The notes under the pieces were generated by a model. It was not told where the DNA came from and made no database searches. It saw only the letters and a list, made by a program, of their open reading frames with translations. A stretch of DNA of 64,000 nucleotides from Paramoeba atlantica (lineage: Eukaryota; Protista; Discosea), in the NCBI GenBank assembly GCA_977017575.1, contig CDRNVI010000151.1:103657-167656 (forward strand). Direction: 5' to 3'. Below are positions 13,201 to 24,426 of the stretch, piece after piece. The translations under genes and the position numbers were made by a program. The number at the start of each line of letters is the position of its first letter. The stretch's first letter is position 1.

Positions 13201-16200
13201 GCGAGATTGTCGGGCTGCAAGCAGCAGTGTTATGTGGACAAGCGTTCGGGCAAATGGTGTGTTGAGTGGTGGACTGTCGAGAACAAATGCCTGATGCGGA
13301 ACTATGGTCCCAAAGCATTCAACACTGAGGAAGAGGCGCGCAACTTCCTGGTGACCAAGCCAACAATTACTACAGGTGAGTTGGCTGAACTGTGTGTCGA
13401 GGATGTGCACAACCAATTCAAGTCAATTCGTTCGCATGTCTTTGGTGTGCGTGTTGGTGTTCACACAGACAGAGCTAGCCACAACCACCCACTACTCCTC
13501 GAGCCATACATGCTGGGCCTGTGGCTGGGTGATGGCACGACGTCTGGGCGCCCAATGGTGACAACAAACGATGAGGAGATTGTGATGTACCTCAAGGGCT
13601 TTGCGAAACGACTCAACCTCTCAGTCAAGGCTCAGGAGAGTGGACGAATCGGTGAGACAGATAACAAGTTCTTCTCCTACTACCTTGCCTCCCCACATGG
13701 GCAGCCCAACCAATTTCTGGAAGCGCTCAGGCACTACGGTGTTCTGCACAGCAAGTGCATCCCAAATGACTACATGGGTGCATCACGTGCCGACCGCCTC
13801 TCACTGCTCGCTGGTTTCCTGGATTCCAACGGGTGGGTGCACAAGGACAAGTTCCCAAGAGAGGAATACATTACCTATGGACTCTCCTTCTCGCAGGGTA
13901 CCAATCACAAAGACCTTCTGTATGACTTCTCTGACCTGTGCCGCTCACTCGGTTTTGCCGGCTGTGAGGTCCGCCAGTACACCGCAGGTGTGCGAAAATT
14001 GAGGAAGCGCAAGAAAGATAATGTGGAGATGATGCGATGGCAATTCGTAGCCTCAGGCCCCACATGTCACGATGTGCCAACACTGTTGGAGCGCAAACGC
14101 GTGCCCACTGATGCGTGTTGGCGCGACACAACATCAGGCATCCCCAGCAAGTTGGAGTTGTCGAAGATAGAGGCACTGGAACAACCATATGTGGGTGTCA
14201 CAGTGAGCGGTGCGAATCATCGATTTCTCCTGCGGGACTACACTGTAACCCACAACTGCAAGAAGAATCTTGGACGTTTAACACGATTGTGGCTCAAAGC
14301 TGAGCAAGAACGCCAACATAATTATTTGAAAGATGGGCCATATATTAGCGCTGAGGAAGCCGTGGCTATCTATACAACTACTGTTCATTGGCTTGAGAGC
14401 CGAAAGTTTTCTCCAATCCCTTTCCCTCCTTTGAATTACAAACATGATACAAAGTTATTGATTTTAGCGTTGGAGAGGCTGAAGGAAGCTTATTCTGTGA
14501 TGGCTCGATTAAATCAGTCCCAAAGAGAAGAACTTGGTTTGATTGAACAGGCTTATGATAACCCACACGAAGCTCTTAGTCGGATTAAACGTCATTTACT
14601 AACACAACGTGCCTTTAAAGAAGTTGGAATTGAATTTATGGACTTGTATAGTCACTTGGTGCCTGTTTATGATGTCGAACCTTTAGAAAAGATTACTGAC
14701 GCGTATTTAGACCAGTATCTATGGTACGAGGCTGATAAGAGGCACCTCTTCCCTGGTTGGATCAAACCTGGAGATTCTGAACCACCTCCTTTGTTGGTCT
14801 ACAAATGGTGCCAGGGGATTAATAACTTACACAATGTGTGGGATACATCCAATGGTGAGTGTGTTGTGATGCTTGAGACGAAGTTAGAAAAGATTTATGA
14901 AAAGGTTGATTTGACACTGTTGAATCGTTTATTACGTTTGATTCTCGATCACAATATCGCCGATTACATTACAGCGAAGAATAATATTGTGATGAATTAC
15001 AAAGATATGAATCATACGAATTCATATGGGTTGATTCGTGGTCTGCAGTTTGCTTCTTTTATCGTTCAATTCTATGGTTTAGTTTTGGATCTTCTTCTTT
15101 TGGGTTTGACTCGTGCTTCTGAAATTGCTGGTCCTCCTGAAATGCCCAATGATTTCCTCACGTTTCACAGCTTGGTCATGGAAACCAAACACCCCATTCG
15201 ACTCTATTCTCGTTATATTGATCGCATCCACATTTGTTATCGTGTGACACATGACGAAGCTAAAGAGTTGATTCAACGATATCTGACAGAGCACCCTGAT
15301 CCGAATAACGAAAATATTGTTGGGTATCCAAACCGAAAATGTTGGCCGCGTGATTGTCGGATGAGGTTGATGAAACATGATGTGAATTTAGGAAGAGCTT
15401 TGTTCTGGGATCTGAAGAATCGGTTACCCCGTTCTGTGTCGACTATTGAGTGGGAGAACTCTTTCGTGTCGGTATACAGCAAAGATAACCCTAACTTATT
15501 ATTTAATATGTGTGGGTTTGAGGTTCGGGTCTTACCAAAGATGAGAGCTATTAATGAATCGTTTACAAACAAAGATGGAGTCTGGAATCTTCAAAACGAG
15601 AGTACAAAAGAACGGACTGCTCAAGCATTTTTGCGAGTTGATGAAGAGAGTCTGAAAAGGTATGAGAACAGAGTTCGAATGATTTTGATGGCTTCTGGTT
15701 CCACTACCTTTACTAAGATTGTTAACAAGTGGAACACATCTTTGATTGGTCTGATGACCTATTTCCGTGAAGCTGTCGTTCACACACAAGAATTGTTGGA
15801 TCTATTGGTCAAGTGTGAAAACAAAATTCAGACTCGTATTAAAATTGGGTTGAACTCAAAGATGCCTTCTCGTTTCCCTCCTGTTGTCTTCTATTGCGTC
15901 GCGCCAAACACACCGGTGAGGATGGCTGATGGCTCAGAGAAGGCAATGGGCAACATCGAGCTTGGTGAGTTGGTCCTTGGTGACGATGGTGGCATCCGGA
16001 CTGTTGCACACATCCATTCTGGAAAGGCACCACTCTACCGTGTTGCACTTGCGCACAATAAGATGGACAACTTCCTCTTCAATGACTCAGCATTCGTCTG
16101 CAATGGCAATCACAAGCTGGTCATCTCGCTCATCAAGGACGAGGCATCAAATGGTCTCCGGATCGACACAACAGGTGACATGAACTCAGTGAGGGGTTCC

Positions 16201-19200
16201 ATTGGCTGCCGCTTCCTCACACTCAAGTTCGACCCTCACCTTGGCGCTGAGCGGCCATATGAGGTTGAATGCTGTATCAAGTGGAATGTCAACAACTTCG
16301 CGCGCCTGATCAAGGAGAAAGGGTATGATGTCTACAACACTCGTGCTGAGGCAATTGCTGCTGCGGAGGAGATGCAGAAGACGATGTCAGTGACTGAGTG
16401 GCACGTCTCAACAAGTGTCTATCTTGAATATGAGCGTGGTGTGAGGGAGGGCCGGGGCTTGCACATCCCACTCAAGATGCGGTATGGTGCCTCCATTGAA
16501 GAATGGCCTGTCCGGAGCTTGTGGAGACCGTCACTCACCGACATCATCAATGAGGGCATTGCGATAGTGGGGCTTGTGGGTGTGACTGTGACAGCGGAGC
16601 AGATGGCTTGGATGATTGGCCTGTGGCTTGGTGGTGGCACTGCCAAGGAGACAAGGATCTCTGTGGGTGATGACGACTGGCCTGAGCTGAAACCAAAGTT
16701 TGAGGAGTTTGGTGCTGCGTGTGGGCTAAAGATCAACCACACATCAGATCCACAAGAGAGGTGCGGGCGGGTGACGCTTGAGCCAATCGAGAAGAGGACA
16801 AACTACAAGCTCAACCTCTTGAACATTGTGTTGTCAAATCTGGGACTCTTGGAGGAGAAGCAGGTGAGCACCAGGACAGAGGAGATTCTGATCACAGAGA
16901 GTGGCAACGTGCGGCGCTCCCTCATTGCCGGCCTCATCGACTCAGACGGTTTCGTCCGCCATGACGTCAACACTGACAGGCCCAAGGGCTACACATTCAC
17001 ACAGTCAATCCGTGCGAACCACGAGTCAATCCTACACCTCTTCTACATCATCTCACGCTCACTTGGGTTGATGACGTTCACGCGTAAATATGTTGTCAAG
17101 GATACAACACAAGAGTTGAATGGCAGAGCAGAGACAGGTGCCAAGTGCTGGATGCGTGGAGATATCCACATTGCGGGTGATGTACACATGTTGCCAGTGG
17201 CGCTCTCGAAGAAGAAGATCGACCAACCAACATTCCAGCATAATCGCCAGGTGCGCACGTTCGAGATCACCAAGGAGACTGAGGACGGTGACTATGTCGG
17301 CTTCGCAGTGGGCGAGGGTGAGTCGCCTCTCTTCTGTCTCGGTGACTTCCTCGTGACGCACAATACTCCAAAGGAGTTGGGAGGTCTTGGGATGTTGTCG
17401 ATGGGTCATGTGTTGATTCCTCAGTCCGATCTTCGGTATGCCAAACAAACTGATATTGGGATCACCCACTTCCGATCTGGTCTTAGCCACGAAGAAGGAC
17501 AATTAATCCCTAACTTGTATCGTTATATCCAACCTTGGGAGATGGAGTTTATTGATTCCCAAAGAGTCTGGGCGGAATATGCCTTGAAGAGACAAGAGGC
17601 AAATGCGCAAAATCGGCGATTGACTTTAGAGGATTTGGAAGACAGTTGGGATAAGGGAATTCCTCGAATCAACACTCTCTTCCAAAAGGATCGACATACT
17701 CTTGCCTATGACAAGGGTTGGCGAGTCAGAACAGACTTCAAGCAGTACCAATTGTTGAAAAATAACCCTTTCTGGTGGACTCATCAACGTCACGATGGAA
17801 AACTTTGGAATTTGAATAATTATCGAACTGATATGATCCAAGCGTTGGGAGGTGTCGAAGGTATTTTGGAACATACTTTGTTTAAGGGAACCTACTTTCC
17901 GACATGGGAAGGTCTCTTTTGGGAGAAGGCGTGCTTCCGCATCGATACTGAGTTGATGCTCGCCACTGGGGAGACTATTTTGGCAAAAGATGTCAAAGTA
18001 GCTACTCTTCTCATGGGGGATGATGGAACACCGAGGAAAGTTGCAAAGGTTGTGAATGGAATCGACAGATTGTATGAAATTTCTTTCACTGGTCACGAAA
18101 GCGAGCCATTGGTTGTCACTGGAAACCACATCTTATGTCTTAAAGCAAGTTCGAGTTTGGATGATGATGATTCGATAAATATTAAAAAAGGAGAGATAAT
18201 CGAAATGACTGTTGAAGAATATCTTGCATTGCAACCAATTGTTCAAAGGCTTTTACGACTTTACCGGGCATCTTCTATTCCATTCAATACTGAATGCACG
18301 CCGGATAAGATGCTTGTTGATCCATACTTTTTGGGACTATGGTTAGGTGATGGCATGCATCTCAGTGAAGACAAAGAGAACATTCGGACTGATCATGGTA
18401 AGAAAAATCCATTACTCGACGATCTGCGTTCGTTACAATTGATTCCACCTGCGGGAGAGAGGTTAAAAGGACCGGAAGTTGGTATGAAACATATCCCAGA
18501 TATTTACAAGTTTGCAAGCGAAGAAACTCGCCTGCAGGTACTGGCTGGCTTACTCGACAGCGACGGATGCCACAATGATGATCGCAGAATTGTTTATGTA
18601 TTCACACAATCTGATCGTTTGTGGCACAAACGGCTCTTTGAAGATACTGTTTTTCTGGCTCGAAGTCTCGGTTTCAGCTGCTGCCCTATTAATCTCGAAG
18701 ATGTGGGTGAAAAAGAGATTTTAGGAGGACGAATGTGTGAAACTGGAAACACTTTAAGACTGCAGATATTCGGTGATATCAATAAAATTCCGGTGAAACT
18801 CAACCGAAAAATGGCGCGCGAGAGAATAACGACTGCTGCAGATTGGCGCACACATAGCATTGGATCGATTCGTCAACTCGAGAAACCTGAACCTTTTGTT
18901 GGTTTCTTGGTTGATGGCAACAAGCGTTTCTTGCGCGCAGACTTCTTGGTCACACACAACTCTGGTTTTGAAGAATCCATGAAGTACAAGAAATTGACAA
19001 ATGCACAGCGCTCTGGTTTGAATCAGATCCCTAATCGACGATTCACATTATGGTGGTCTCCAACTATTAACAGAGCGAATGTGTATGTTGGATTTCAAGT
19101 CCAGCTTGATTTAACTGGTATTTTCATGCACGGAAAAATTCCTACTTTGAAGATTTCTCTCATTCAAATTTTCCGTGCCCATTTGTGGCAGAAGATACAT

Positions 19201-22200
19201 GAGAGTATCGTTATGGATCTTTGTCTCCGAGATGACCAAATGATTTTGGCCGCTGATGGGAGCCACATCACTGCAGGAAACGTTACAGAGGGAACCATGT
19301 TGGTTGGCGAAGATGGTGCTCCTCGTAGAGTAGTTGCTATTCATAAAGGAGAAAGTCCAGTGATGTATCATTTCCATCCTCGGAAGCTTCGAAAGGGTGA
19401 CACTGCACAGCAAGGATTCGTCTGCACCCCAAATCATATTGTTTGTTTGAGGTTACCAAAACCTGTTATCCAAAGGAGATCAAACCCAACATCTGTAATT
19501 GTGCGGTATCCAGAAATATTGATGAAAGTTGAATTTGACTTTCCGACTTTCCAAATGAAAGAGAAGAGGTTCTCAGTGGATCCCACTCAGTTTGGTGCGC
19601 TCTCTCACAATCCCCAGGAACGTTGTAAAGACTCAGCCGACAAATTCATGGACGAAGCGAGGAAGAAGGGTTGTAAAGTTCAGTTGGTTCACTTAAAGTC
19701 ACAGGAAAAGTATGTTGTAAAAATTTCTGATGCACCTGCTGAGAGTGACTTGAATGTTGGTTCGATTGGATTTTCTTACAGAAACCATTATCGCTCAGGT
19801 GTCCCTTCGATTGATGATGCTGAAAGGGAGGCTGTGTTATTTTTGGATTCGCTCGAGAAGGATGTTGTATGGGAGGTGACTGCCAAAAATTACTTTGATT
19901 GGGCTCAATCTTCCTCCTTGCACAAGGAATGCCGATTATATCTGAAACCGACAGTATGTACCACATGGGAAGATGATGTGACTCTAGCTAGAGAGTGGTC
20001 TCAACGATCTGGGCTCTCTTTGCACGAACTTGGCTGGCTCTTAGGATTGTGGCTTGGTGATGGGAAAGCTGATGACACCCGAATTACCCTCGACATGAGC
20101 AAAGATCTGGCTTCATTTGAGCGTCTGAAATCTCTTGCTGAGAAAATGAAGCTCTATGTAGTTATCCCGCCTCAGTTTGACAGCCAAATGGCTATTGAAG
20201 ATCGATCTCAACTTGTTCTTTTGAGTACAAGCCCTTCTTCACGAAATGTAAAAACAGCAAACATCTTCTGGAACATTCTCAGTGCGTTTGGGGCAAATAC
20301 TCCTGGAAAACGTTTGACTCAGGGATCTATTCAAAAATTTGTCCAATCGCCAGAGCAGTTCCGTCTTGGTCTCCTTGCTGGTCTTATTGACTCAGATGGT
20401 ACTCTCTCTACGAGTGAAGAACGACATCGACACTATGTATTCAGCCAGTATCTTGGTCATGTAGAGATCGTAGAGCTTGCCCAGCGCGTTGCTTCGAGTA
20501 TTGGAGCTCGTGCCAATGTTACTCAAGTAGATTATGTTGATCGGCGCACAAAGAAGAACCATTCCCGTAAAGACCTTATCATTGGGGGAACAGCGAAGCT
20601 ATTGGAGTTGGACTGTGCGATTCTTTCAAAGAGACTTCCTCGTGATAGTTTTGATCGTCCATTTGTTCAAGATCCTTCAGTCAGGTGCTTTGACGTTAAC
20701 CAAATCAGAGGTGGTTCATTTACTGGATTCCAATTGGATGACAATGGCCCTAATGCACGATTTCTTCTTGCAAATGGAATTTCTACACACAATTGTCAAG
20801 TGTTTGACCAAGAACTTGATGCATTGGAGATTGAGACTGTGCAAAAGGAGACCATCCATCCCCGAAAGAGCTACAAGATGAATAGCTCTTGTGCTGATAT
20901 CTTGTTATTTGCTTCGTACAAGTGGCAAGTCTCTAAACCTTCCTTATTGATGGATGGAGGGGATACATTTGAAGGAACAACGACGAAATATTGGTTGGAT
21001 GTGCAACTTCGTTGGGGAGATTATGATTCGCATGATATTGAGAGGTATTCTCGTGCTAAGTTTTTGGATTATACGACTGATAATCTCTCTCTCTATCCTT
21101 CTCCAACTGGGTGTCTTGTTGGAGTTGATTTGGCGTATAACTTGTACGCTTCCTACGGAAATTGGTTCCCTGGATGTAAACCACTGATCCAACAAGCTTT
21201 GGCCAAAATTATCAAAGCAAACCCAGCTTTGTATGTCCTTCGTGAGCGTATTCGAAAAGGTCTTCAACTGTATTCTTCTGAGCCAACTGAACCATACCTG
21301 ACTCCTCAGAATTATGGAGAGCTGTTCAGCAAGCAGATTATTTGGTTTGTGGACGACACAAATGTCTATCGGGTCACAATTCATAAGACTTTTGAGGGTA
21401 ACTTAACCTGCTTCCCAGCGGATGATCATCAGATCTTGACTGAGCATGGCTTCTGGTTCTTGTCACAAGTGCTGGAGCATTTTGAAACACACGAGACACT
21501 CAGTGTTGGCTGCTATGTGGAAGGTGTGCTTGAGTACCATGACATCACCCGCGCGGATGTCACAATTCAGGAAGGCTCACATGATTTGGTCAGCATGGTC
21601 TCAGAGAAGACTAAGCGCAATGGTAGAGGTGGATCAACTCGTGTTATGTCTGCCGATAATGTGGACATTGCACCCACTTCGAACCATCGCATGCTGCTTC
21701 GTGTGGGCCGAACAGTGGGCCACCGAGAGTGGCCAGGTAGCAAGAAAACTCCCCCGCCACTTGAGGTCCATCTTGCTGGTTCTGTACTTGAGAAGGGCCA
21801 AGCAGACGATACTGTTGTCGCTCAGTTTTTGGCACACTTCAGTGAAGGAGAGAAGGTGACTTGTGCTGACCTTCCATTTGCTCAGGCTCTGGATCTGAGA
21901 ACTGGTGATGAGGTGGATGCATTCTTGGAGCTCTATGGCTATTGGGTGGGTGATGGATATCTCAACATTAACGCCAAAGCCATTGCATTTGCGCCCAAGA
22001 AGGTCAATGATTGGGATTATCTGGATGCCCTCTTTGAGCGCCTGGAGCGTGTTCTGCCAGAAATCACGCATGAAACTCACCGTGGTGGAGTCCAGATTGC
22101 TGCCCGCCCACCAATCCTGGAGTGCAACAAGCCTGCTGGACGTGCTGCAGCGCCTCGTGTTGGAGAACGCCAGCGTTTGTACCACATTTCCAAATCTGAA

Positions 22201-24426
22201 TGGTTTGACTATTTTTACCATGAGTATGGGCACAAATATGTTGGTGGTCCCAATGAGGCCCAGAAACGTCTTGATGGTACTTATCCACCAGACGCTGAGA
22301 ACACAAACTCAACCAAGTTGTTCTGGTACTGGGTTTGGAAGCGGCTGGGCAAAGCTCGTTTGCGGCTCATTCTCAAGGGATTGCGATTTGCTGCTGGGGA
22401 TCAAGCTGCAGCCAAGGATCACTTAAGCAGTGGCAAGATCCACACATCTTCTGTGCAATTCCGTGATGAATGCCAGCGGCTTGCTCTGCATGCTGGTTAT
22501 ACCACTTTGTTTACTGTCAACGTAGAGAAAGGTGGTTGTGAAATGGAACGTCGAGAGTCAACAGGTGCAGCACGATGCACCACACCCATCAAGGCCAAGG
22601 AAACAAATTGGAATGTCCATTATTCAGAGGCAAAACAGCAGGCAGAGCCCAAACTGCCAGTCAAGAAGAGCATGAAGGCGGTGCATTACAATGGCACTGT
22701 GTGGTGTGTGACAGTTCCATCAGCAGGCCAGTACATTATGGTGCGCCGTGTATTGAAGCAGGAAGACGGTGTTGTTACAAAAGCATCACGCCCAGTGGTG
22801 GTTGGGAACACCAAACCGATTAATGGAGCAATTTTCGTCTTCAATCCTCGTACTGGCCAACTGTTCTTGAAGATTATTCACACTTCTGTTTGGGCAGGAC
22901 AAAAACGTCTCGGTCAGTTGGCCAAGTGGAAAACTGCTGAAGAAGTTGCTGCTTTGATTCGCGCTTGTCCTGTAGAGGAGCAACCCAAACAAATTATTGT
23001 AACGAGAAAGGGTATGTTGGATCCCCTTGAAGTCCATCTCTTAGATTTCCCCAATATTGTCATTAAAGGAAGTGAGCTGCAGTTGCCTTTCCAAGCTTGT
23101 TTGAAGATTGAGAAATTTGGAGATTTGATCTTGAAAGCGACTGAACCGCGTATGGTCTTGTTCAACTTGTACGATGATTGGCTCAATTCAATTTCCTCTT
23201 ACACTGCATTCTCTCGTCTGATTTTGATTCTCCGTGCTCTTCATGTGAACCAAGAGAAAACTCGGACCATTTTGAAGCCTGATAAGACGACTGTGACAGA
23301 ACCTCACCATATTTGGCCCACATTAACAGATGAAGAATGGATTAAAGTTGAGGTGACACTGAAGGATCTGATCTTGGCAGATTTTGGAAAGAAAAATAAT
23401 GTCAATGTTGCTTCTCTCACTCAATCTGAGATCCGTGATATTATTTTGGGAATGGAAATTTCTCCTCCGTCGGAGCAGCGCCAGCAAATCGCTGAAATTG
23501 AAAAACAGACTTCAGATGGAGGTCAGTTAACGGCGGTGACGAGTGAGACTGCGAATGTTCACGGAGATAAGATGATCGTTACGACCACTTCCCCACACGG
23601 ACAAAAGGTGTTTTCTTCTCGAACTGATTGGCGTGTCCGTGCGATCTCGTCTGTGAATTTGCATTTGAGAACCAACCATATCTACGTTCCCCCAGATGAT
23701 ATCAAAGAATCCGGATTTACATACATTTTCCCTAAGAATGTCCTGAAAAAGTTCATCTGTATTGCGGATCTTCGCACCCAAATCTCAGGATATTTGTATG
23801 GAGTGAGCCCAGCTGATAATCTCCAAGTGAAAGAGATTCGGTGTATTGTTTTGCCTCCTCAAATTGGGACACCTATCTCTGTGACTCTCCCAAATCAATT
23901 ACCTGAACACGAGTTGTTGAAGGATATGGAACCCCTTGGTTGGATTCACACACAGCCAAATGAGCTTCCTCAACTTCCTCCAAATGATGTTATTATGCAT
24001 TCCAAGATTATTTCAAATAACAAATCTTGGGATGTGGAAAAATCGATTGTCATTACATGTAGCTTTACTCCAGGGTCCTGCTCTTTGACTGCCTATCGAT
24101 TGACTGGGAAAGGTTACGATTGGGGAAAAGGAAACAAAGATAGCAATGACCACACTGGTTACATGCCAACTTTTTATGAAAAAGCCCAAATGCTTCTTTC
24201 TGATCTCTTCTTGGGTTATTATATGGTCCCTGATGTGGGAAGTTGGAATTATAATTTTATGGGAGTCAAACATCACCCATCGATGAAATATGGAGTTGCT
24301 CTTGGCAATCCAAAAGAATTTTATCATCCTGACCATCGTCCAGCCCACTTCTTGAACTTTTCTGCTTTTGAGACTGTTAGTAAGGATGCTGATGCTGAGA
24401 CTGATCATGAAGATCTTTTCTCTTAA
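7255..24426 (+). CDS. PRP8: Pre-mRNA splicing factor Prp8 precursor (5723 aa) with seven inteins; predicted mature protein 2366 aa; no spliceosomal introns
   Basis: One uninterrupted ORF containing PRO8NT/PROCN ([16 protein letters not shown]), RT-like, U5/U6-binding, RNase H-like (TFEGNLTTKPING) and JAB/MPN (GWIHTQPNE) motifs. The ATG at 7255 is preferred over the upstream TTG at 7216. Extein segments 634+114+53+546+189+87+205+538 = 2366 aa. Confidence 0.99.
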   Translation: MSFPPPGIFPQPGQQQQQQQPPPPHLQQQQQQPPPPSHQPPPPKQEPPPHFTKDLLEEKKKKWAQLNAKRYCDKRKFGYVEPQKEDMPPQHLRKIIKDHGDMSAKKFRHDKRVYLGALKYVPHAIFKLLENMPMPWEEVRDVNVLYHMTGAITFVNEIPWVVEPIYIAQWGTMWMMMRKEKRDRRHFKRMRFPPFDDEEPPLDYGENILDIEPVEGIQMELDPDEDEPVYEWFYDHQPLKRSKLVNGPSYKRWKLTVPIMSTLYRLAGQLLSDLTDPNYFYLFDLKSFFTAKALNMAIPGGPKFEPLFRDIEAQDEDWNEFNDIHKIIIRHPIRTESRIAFPFLYNDRPRKVFVTPYHHPLVCYMKTEDPNLPAFFWDPLINPIPGMKSSRALTEFEEELLEGEEDDFSLPEDVEPFLIDTPLFSGNTAAGIALYWAPHPFNERTGHMRRALDIPLVKPWFLERCPPNQPVKVRVSYQKLLKCYVHNCLKKRPPKSLKRRALFKSLKVTKFFQTTEIDWVEAGLQVCRQGYNMLNLLIHRKNLNYLHLDYNFMLKPIKTLTTKERKKSRFGNAFHLCREILRLTKFVVDSYVQYRLGNLDAYQLADGLQYIFAHVGHLTGMYRYKYRLMRQIRMCFDPETPVMMANGTTKAIKDVEVGEEVMGDTLTSRKVVAKADGLAQMYRVTYDNKGDKSAWDDEGSSSSFVCNGPHQLVVIVKSDLHIDTTTDILRVTYCKMVQDDNLGFEVPLLTALQFAVNPHAYDMEPNAKAKAKVAAETKAHELQVLGYKTALTHLAKQGQFRVLVPKANRPEGADAKDFAFTYSYNRTGGQYYLTREKAVAASEKFFASCKAELVWEPTVEQWLRFEEQYPRRAKKCKMVRVGRPSAITNPPVKLLSDLVRESIKQVADNHGPQPKVSLENAIPKLAFLVGVWLGAGHNKSPSIYMVLNEETRSFYNGLQQITDDLGLTIGKRTMSNDPKHAHLCHEWYVTFSSASKSRKRKGMSENNLGNCTQQNVLCVLLKRLGFYEVSNKHLSEEVILSVVCDSQEVRGALLAGLIDTDGHLEMNRMWRITQKDHDANGMHHKSILDLAHRTALSLGLHSSRCRAKKVYKSTLRGKPLASGIMGGTCITTPPVNDPISKFILTDYKRITESSHNMLRSDRNRQLYRFKVSKMDTPEGPYVGIQVEGENERFLLGDHVSVHNCKDLKHLIYYRFNTGPVGKGPGCGFWAPGWRVWLFFLRGIVPLLERWLGNLLARQFEGRHSKGIAKTVTKQRVESHFDLELRAAVMHDILDMMPEGLKQNKSRTILQHLSEAWRCFSPSTPVRMADGMTKKAGDIVKGDLVLGSKGQGLPVLHTMNGRDRMYRVDLLPDGVNEGNDPNWNFEEDGFVCNSRHELVLVNPQLGGVSINHNATRRVFEVHSAGLVPYKGPVPIEKHLGHICRTFSYSENMYRSLKASKDAAEAEAKYLKESGASNVRVQVNYKRGCVSVSVASLNGAVRKHSGTFRFGVSKLNGTTDTDRIFAGEAAAKAAAESYVVDCAKIPAMWSVSVEDYLAYCKAHPQHADRLRMVFCDQIEFPRVIHLQKQFYNVDDLLNDMYASNLLPHATAADVAYLLGLHLADGKKGHAKFFLGLHEKKIIDYLVAIAPTFGMVATLEKPVTNCQPVYLSGCDFRVPNSRKRNTLLSLFCHLGYGIDDTKKVSGKLWKNIVLQDSTFRRAVLAGLIDGDGTYQIAHRNCDKPHGYGFVQGVDSEYSKHHEDIMFLVRDISRSLGLNCFIFRRSNGYPADRVRLTCNITGDGVHLIPCKEKPLMKHECSENPSRFRGYVQFKVTKASENGPYCGFQLEGSPLFLLKNWLIAHNCFKANIPWKVPGLPIAIENMILRYVKSKADWWTNVAHYNRERIRRGATVDKTVCLSPDTEVRMWDGSVRTMTEVNVGDLLVGDDSTPRTVIERWTGMTDVMYEINQHNGMTYRCTGKHQLVARLSGCKQQCYVDKRSGKWCVEWWTVENKCLMRNYGPKAFNTEEEARNFLVTKPTITTGELAELCVEDVHNQFKSIRSHVFGVRVGVHTDRASHNHPLLLEPYMLGLWLGDGTTSGRPMVTTNDEEIVMYLKGFAKRLNLSVKAQESGRIGETDNKFFSYYLASPHGQPNQFLEALRHYGVLHSKCIPNDYMGASRADRLSLLAGFLDSNGWVHKDKFPREEYITYGLSFSQGTNHKDLLYDFSDLCRSLGFAGCEVRQYTAGVRKLRKRKKDNVEMMRWQFVASGPTCHDVPTLLERKRVPTDACWRDTTSGIPSKLELSKIEALEQPYVGVTVSGANHRFLLRDYTVTHNCKKNLGRLTRLWLKAEQERQHNYLKDGPYISAEEAVAIYTTTVHWLESRKFSPIPFPPLNYKHDTKLLILALERLKEAYSVMARLNQSQREELGLIEQAYDNPHEALSRIKRHLLTQRAFKEVGIEFMDLYSHLVPVYDVEPLEKITDAYLDQYLWYEADKRHLFPGWIKPGDSEPPPLLVYKWCQGINNLHNVWDTSNGECVVMLETKLEKIYEKVDLTLLNRLLRLILDHNIADYITAKNNIVMNYKDMNHTNSYGLIRGLQFASFIVQFYGLVLDLLLLGLTRASEIAGPPEMPNDFLTFHSLVMETKHPIRLYSRYIDRIHICYRVTHDEAKELIQRYLTEHPDPNNENIVGYPNRKCWPRDCRMRLMKHDVNLGRALFWDLKNRLPRSVSTIEWENSFVSVYSKDNPNLLFNMCGFEVRVLPKMRAINESFTNKDGVWNLQNESTKERTAQAFLRVDEESLKRYENRVRMILMASGSTTFTKIVNKWNTSLIGLMTYFREAVVHTQELLDLLVKCENKIQTRIKIGLNSKMPSRFPPVVFYCVAPNTPVRMADGSEKAMGNIELGELVLGDDGGIRTVAHIHSGKAPLYRVALAHNKMDNFLFNDSAFVCNGNHKLVISLIKDEASNGLRIDTTGDMNSVRGSIGCRFLTLKFDPHLGAERPYEVECCIKWNVNNFARLIKEKGYDVYNTRAEAIAAAEEMQKTMSVTEWHVSTSVYLEYERGVREGRGLHIPLKMRYGASIEEWPVRSLWRPSLTDIINEGIAIVGLVGVTVTAEQMAWMIGLWLGGGTAKETRISVGDDDWPELKPKFEEFGAACGLKINHTSDPQERCGRVTLEPIEKRTNYKLNLLNIVLSNLGLLEEKQVSTRTEEILITESGNVRRSLIAGLIDSDGFVRHDVNTDRPKGYTFTQSIRANHESILHLFYIISRSLGLMTFTRKYVVKDTTQELNGRAETGAKCWMRGDIHIAGDVHMLPVALSKKKIDQPTFQHNRQVRTFEITKETEDGDYVGFAVGEGESPLFCLGDFLVTHNTPKELGGLGMLSMGHVLIPQSDLRYAKQTDIGITHFRSGLSHEEGQLIPNLYRYIQPWEMEFIDSQRVWAEYALKRQEANAQNRRLTLEDLEDSWDKGIPRINTLFQKDRHTLAYDKGWRVRTDFKQYQLLKNNPFWWTHQRHDGKLWNLNNYRTDMIQALGGVEGILEHTLFKGTYFPTWEGLFWEKACFRIDTELMLATGETILAKDVKVATLLMGDDGTPRKVAKVVNGIDRLYEISFTGHESEPLVVTGNHILCLKASSSLDDDDSINIKKGEIIEMTVEEYLALQPIVQRLLRLYRASSIPFNTECTPDKMLVDPYFLGLWLGDGMHLSEDKENIRTDHGKKNPLLDDLRSLQLIPPAGERLKGPEVGMKHIPDIYKFASEETRLQVLAGLLDSDGCHNDDRRIVYVFTQSDRLWHKRLFEDTVFLARSLGFSCCPINLEDVGEKEILGGRMCETGNTLRLQIFGDINKIPVKLNRKMARERITTAADWRTHSIGSIRQLEKPEPFVGFLVDGNKRFLRADFLVTHNSGFEESMKYKKLTNAQRSGLNQIPNRRFTLWWSPTINRANVYVGFQVQLDLTGIFMHGKIPTLKISLIQIFRAHLWQKIHESIVMDLCLRDDQMILAADGSHITAGNVTEGTMLVGEDGAPRRVVAIHKGESPVMYHFHPRKLRKGDTAQQGFVCTPNHIVCLRLPKPVIQRRSNPTSVIVRYPEILMKVEFDFPTFQMKEKRFSVDPTQFGALSHNPQERCKDSADKFMDEARKKGCKVQLVHLKSQEKYVVKISDAPAESDLNVGSIGFSYRNHYRSGVPSIDDAEREAVLFLDSLEKDVVWEVTAKNYFDWAQSSSLHKECRLYLKPTVCTTWEDDVTLAREWSQRSGLSLHELGWLLGLWLGDGKADDTRITLDMSKDLASFERLKSLAEKMKLYVVIPPQFDSQMAIEDRSQLVLLSTSPSSRNVKTANIFWNILSAFGANTPGKRLTQGSIQKFVQSPEQFRLGLLAGLIDSDGTLSTSEERHRHYVFSQYLGHVEIVELAQRVASSIGARANVTQVDYVDRRTKKNHSRKDLIIGGTAKLLELDCAILSKRLPRDSFDRPFVQDPSVRCFDVNQIRGGSFTGFQLDDNGPNARFLLANGISTHNCQVFDQELDALEIETVQKETIHPRKSYKMNSSCADILLFASYKWQVSKPSLLMDGGDTFEGTTTKYWLDVQLRWGDYDSHDIERYSRAKFLDYTTDNLSLYPSPTGCLVGVDLAYNLYASYGNWFPGCKPLIQQALAKIIKANPALYVLRERIRKGLQLYSSEPTEPYLTPQNYGELFSKQIIWFVDDTNVYRVTIHKTFEGNLTCFPADDHQILTEHGFWFLSQVLEHFETHETLSVGCYVEGVLEYHDITRADVTIQEGSHDLVSMVSEKTKRNGRGGSTRVMSADNVDIAPTSNHRMLLRVGRTVGHREWPGSKKTPPPLEVHLAGSVLEKGQADDTVVAQFLAHFSEGEKVTCADLPFAQALDLRTGDEVDAFLELYGYWVGDGYLNINAKAIAFAPKKVNDWDYLDALFERLERVLPEITHETHRGGVQIAARPPILECNKPAGRAAAPRVGERQRLYHISKSEWFDYFYHEYGHKYVGGPNEAQKRLDGTYPPDAENTNSTKLFWYWVWKRLGKARLRLILKGLRFAAGDQAAAKDHLSSGKIHTSSVQFRDECQRLALHAGYTTLFTVNVEKGGCEMERRESTGAARCTTPIKAKETNWNVHYSEAKQQAEPKLPVKKSMKAVHYNGTVWCVTVPSAGQYIMVRRVLKQEDGVVTKASRPVVVGNTKPINGAIFVFNPRTGQLFLKIIHTSVWAGQKRLGQLAKWKTAEEVAALIRACPVEEQPKQIIVTRKGMLDPLEVHLLDFPNIVIKGSELQLPFQACLKIEKFGDLILKATEPRMVLFNLYDDWLNSISSYTAFSRLILILRALHVNQEKTRTILKPDKTTVTEPHHIWPTLTDEEWIKVEVTLKDLILADFGKKNNVNVASLTQSEIRDIILGMEISPPSEQRQQIAEIEKQTSDGGQLTAVTSETANVHGDKMIVTTTSPHGQKVFSSRTDWRVRAISSVNLHLRTNHIYVPPDDIKESGFTYIFPKNVLKKFICIADLRTQISGYLYGVSPADNLQVKEIRCIVLPPQIGTPISVTLPNQLPEHELLKDMEPLGWIHTQPNELPQLPPNDVIMHSKIISNNKSWDVEKSIVITCSFTPGSCSLTAYRLTGKGYDWGKGNKDSNDHTGYMPTFYEKAQMLLSDLFLGYYMVPDVGSWNYNFMGVKHHPSMKYGVALGNPKEFYHPDHRPAHFLNFSAFETVSKDADAETDHEDLFS
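9157..10863 (+). mobile_element. Prp8 intein 1 (569 aa), site RQIRM|CKDLKH, LAGLIDADG HEN
   Basis: Starts [13 protein letters not shown], block B FVCNGPH, motifs LVGVWLGAG and LAGLIDTDG, ends SVHN, +1 Cys. Confidence 0.97.
11206..12837 (+). mobile_element. Prp8 intein 2 (544 aa), site SEAWR|[20 protein letters not shown]
   Basis: Starts [13 protein letters not shown], block B FVCNSRH, motifs LLGLHLADG and LAGLIDGDG, ends IAHN, +1 Cys. Confidence 0.97.
12997..14256 (+). mobile_element. Prp8 intein 3 (420 aa), site VDKTV|[20 protein letters not shown]
   Basis: Starts [13 protein letters not shown], block B YRCTGKH, motifs MLGLWLGDG and LAGFLDSNG, ends VTHN, +1 Cys. Confidence 0.97.
15895..17364 (+). 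mobile_element. Prp8 intein 4 (490 aa), site PPVVFY|[19 protein letters not shown]
   Basis: Starts [13 protein letters not shown], block B FVCNGNH, motifs MIGLWLGGG and IAGLIDSDG, ends VTHN, +1 Thr. Confidence 0.97.
17932..18960 (+). mobile_element. Prp8 intein 5 (343 aa), classical fungal Prp8-a site FWEKA|SGFEES
   Basis: Starts [13 protein letters not shown], block B VVTGNH, motifs FLGLWLGDG and LAGLLDSDG, ends VTHN, +1 Ser. Confidence 0.97.
19222..20793 (+). mobile_element. Prp8 intein 6 (524 aa), site IVMDL|CQVFDQ, LAGLIDADG HEN
   Basis: Starts [13 protein letters not shown], block B FVCTPNH, motifs LLGLWLGDG and LAGLIDSDG, ends STHN, +1 Cys. Confidence 0.97.
21409..22809 (+). mobile_element. 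Prp8 intein 7 (467 aa), site FEGNLT|TKPING (RNase H-like beta-finger), divergent type
   Basis: Starts [14 protein letters not shown], block B PTSNH, motifs LYGYWVGDG and LKGLRFAAG, block F VWCVTVP, ends VVVGN (Gly-Asn), +1 Thr. Confidence 0.95.

Noticed and set aside
13036-22233. Antisense or alternative-frame ORFs inside PRP8 (e.g. 13036-13416, 17626-18129, 21634-22233)
   Set aside because: Shadow ORFs of a long, relatively GC-rich coding frame, with no motifs.
9157-22809. Prp8 inserts as group I/II or spliceosomal introns
   Set aside because: All are in frame with no stops, start with Cys, end with Asn and precede Cys/Ser/Thr, with Hint blocks A, B, F and G. This is the intein signature.
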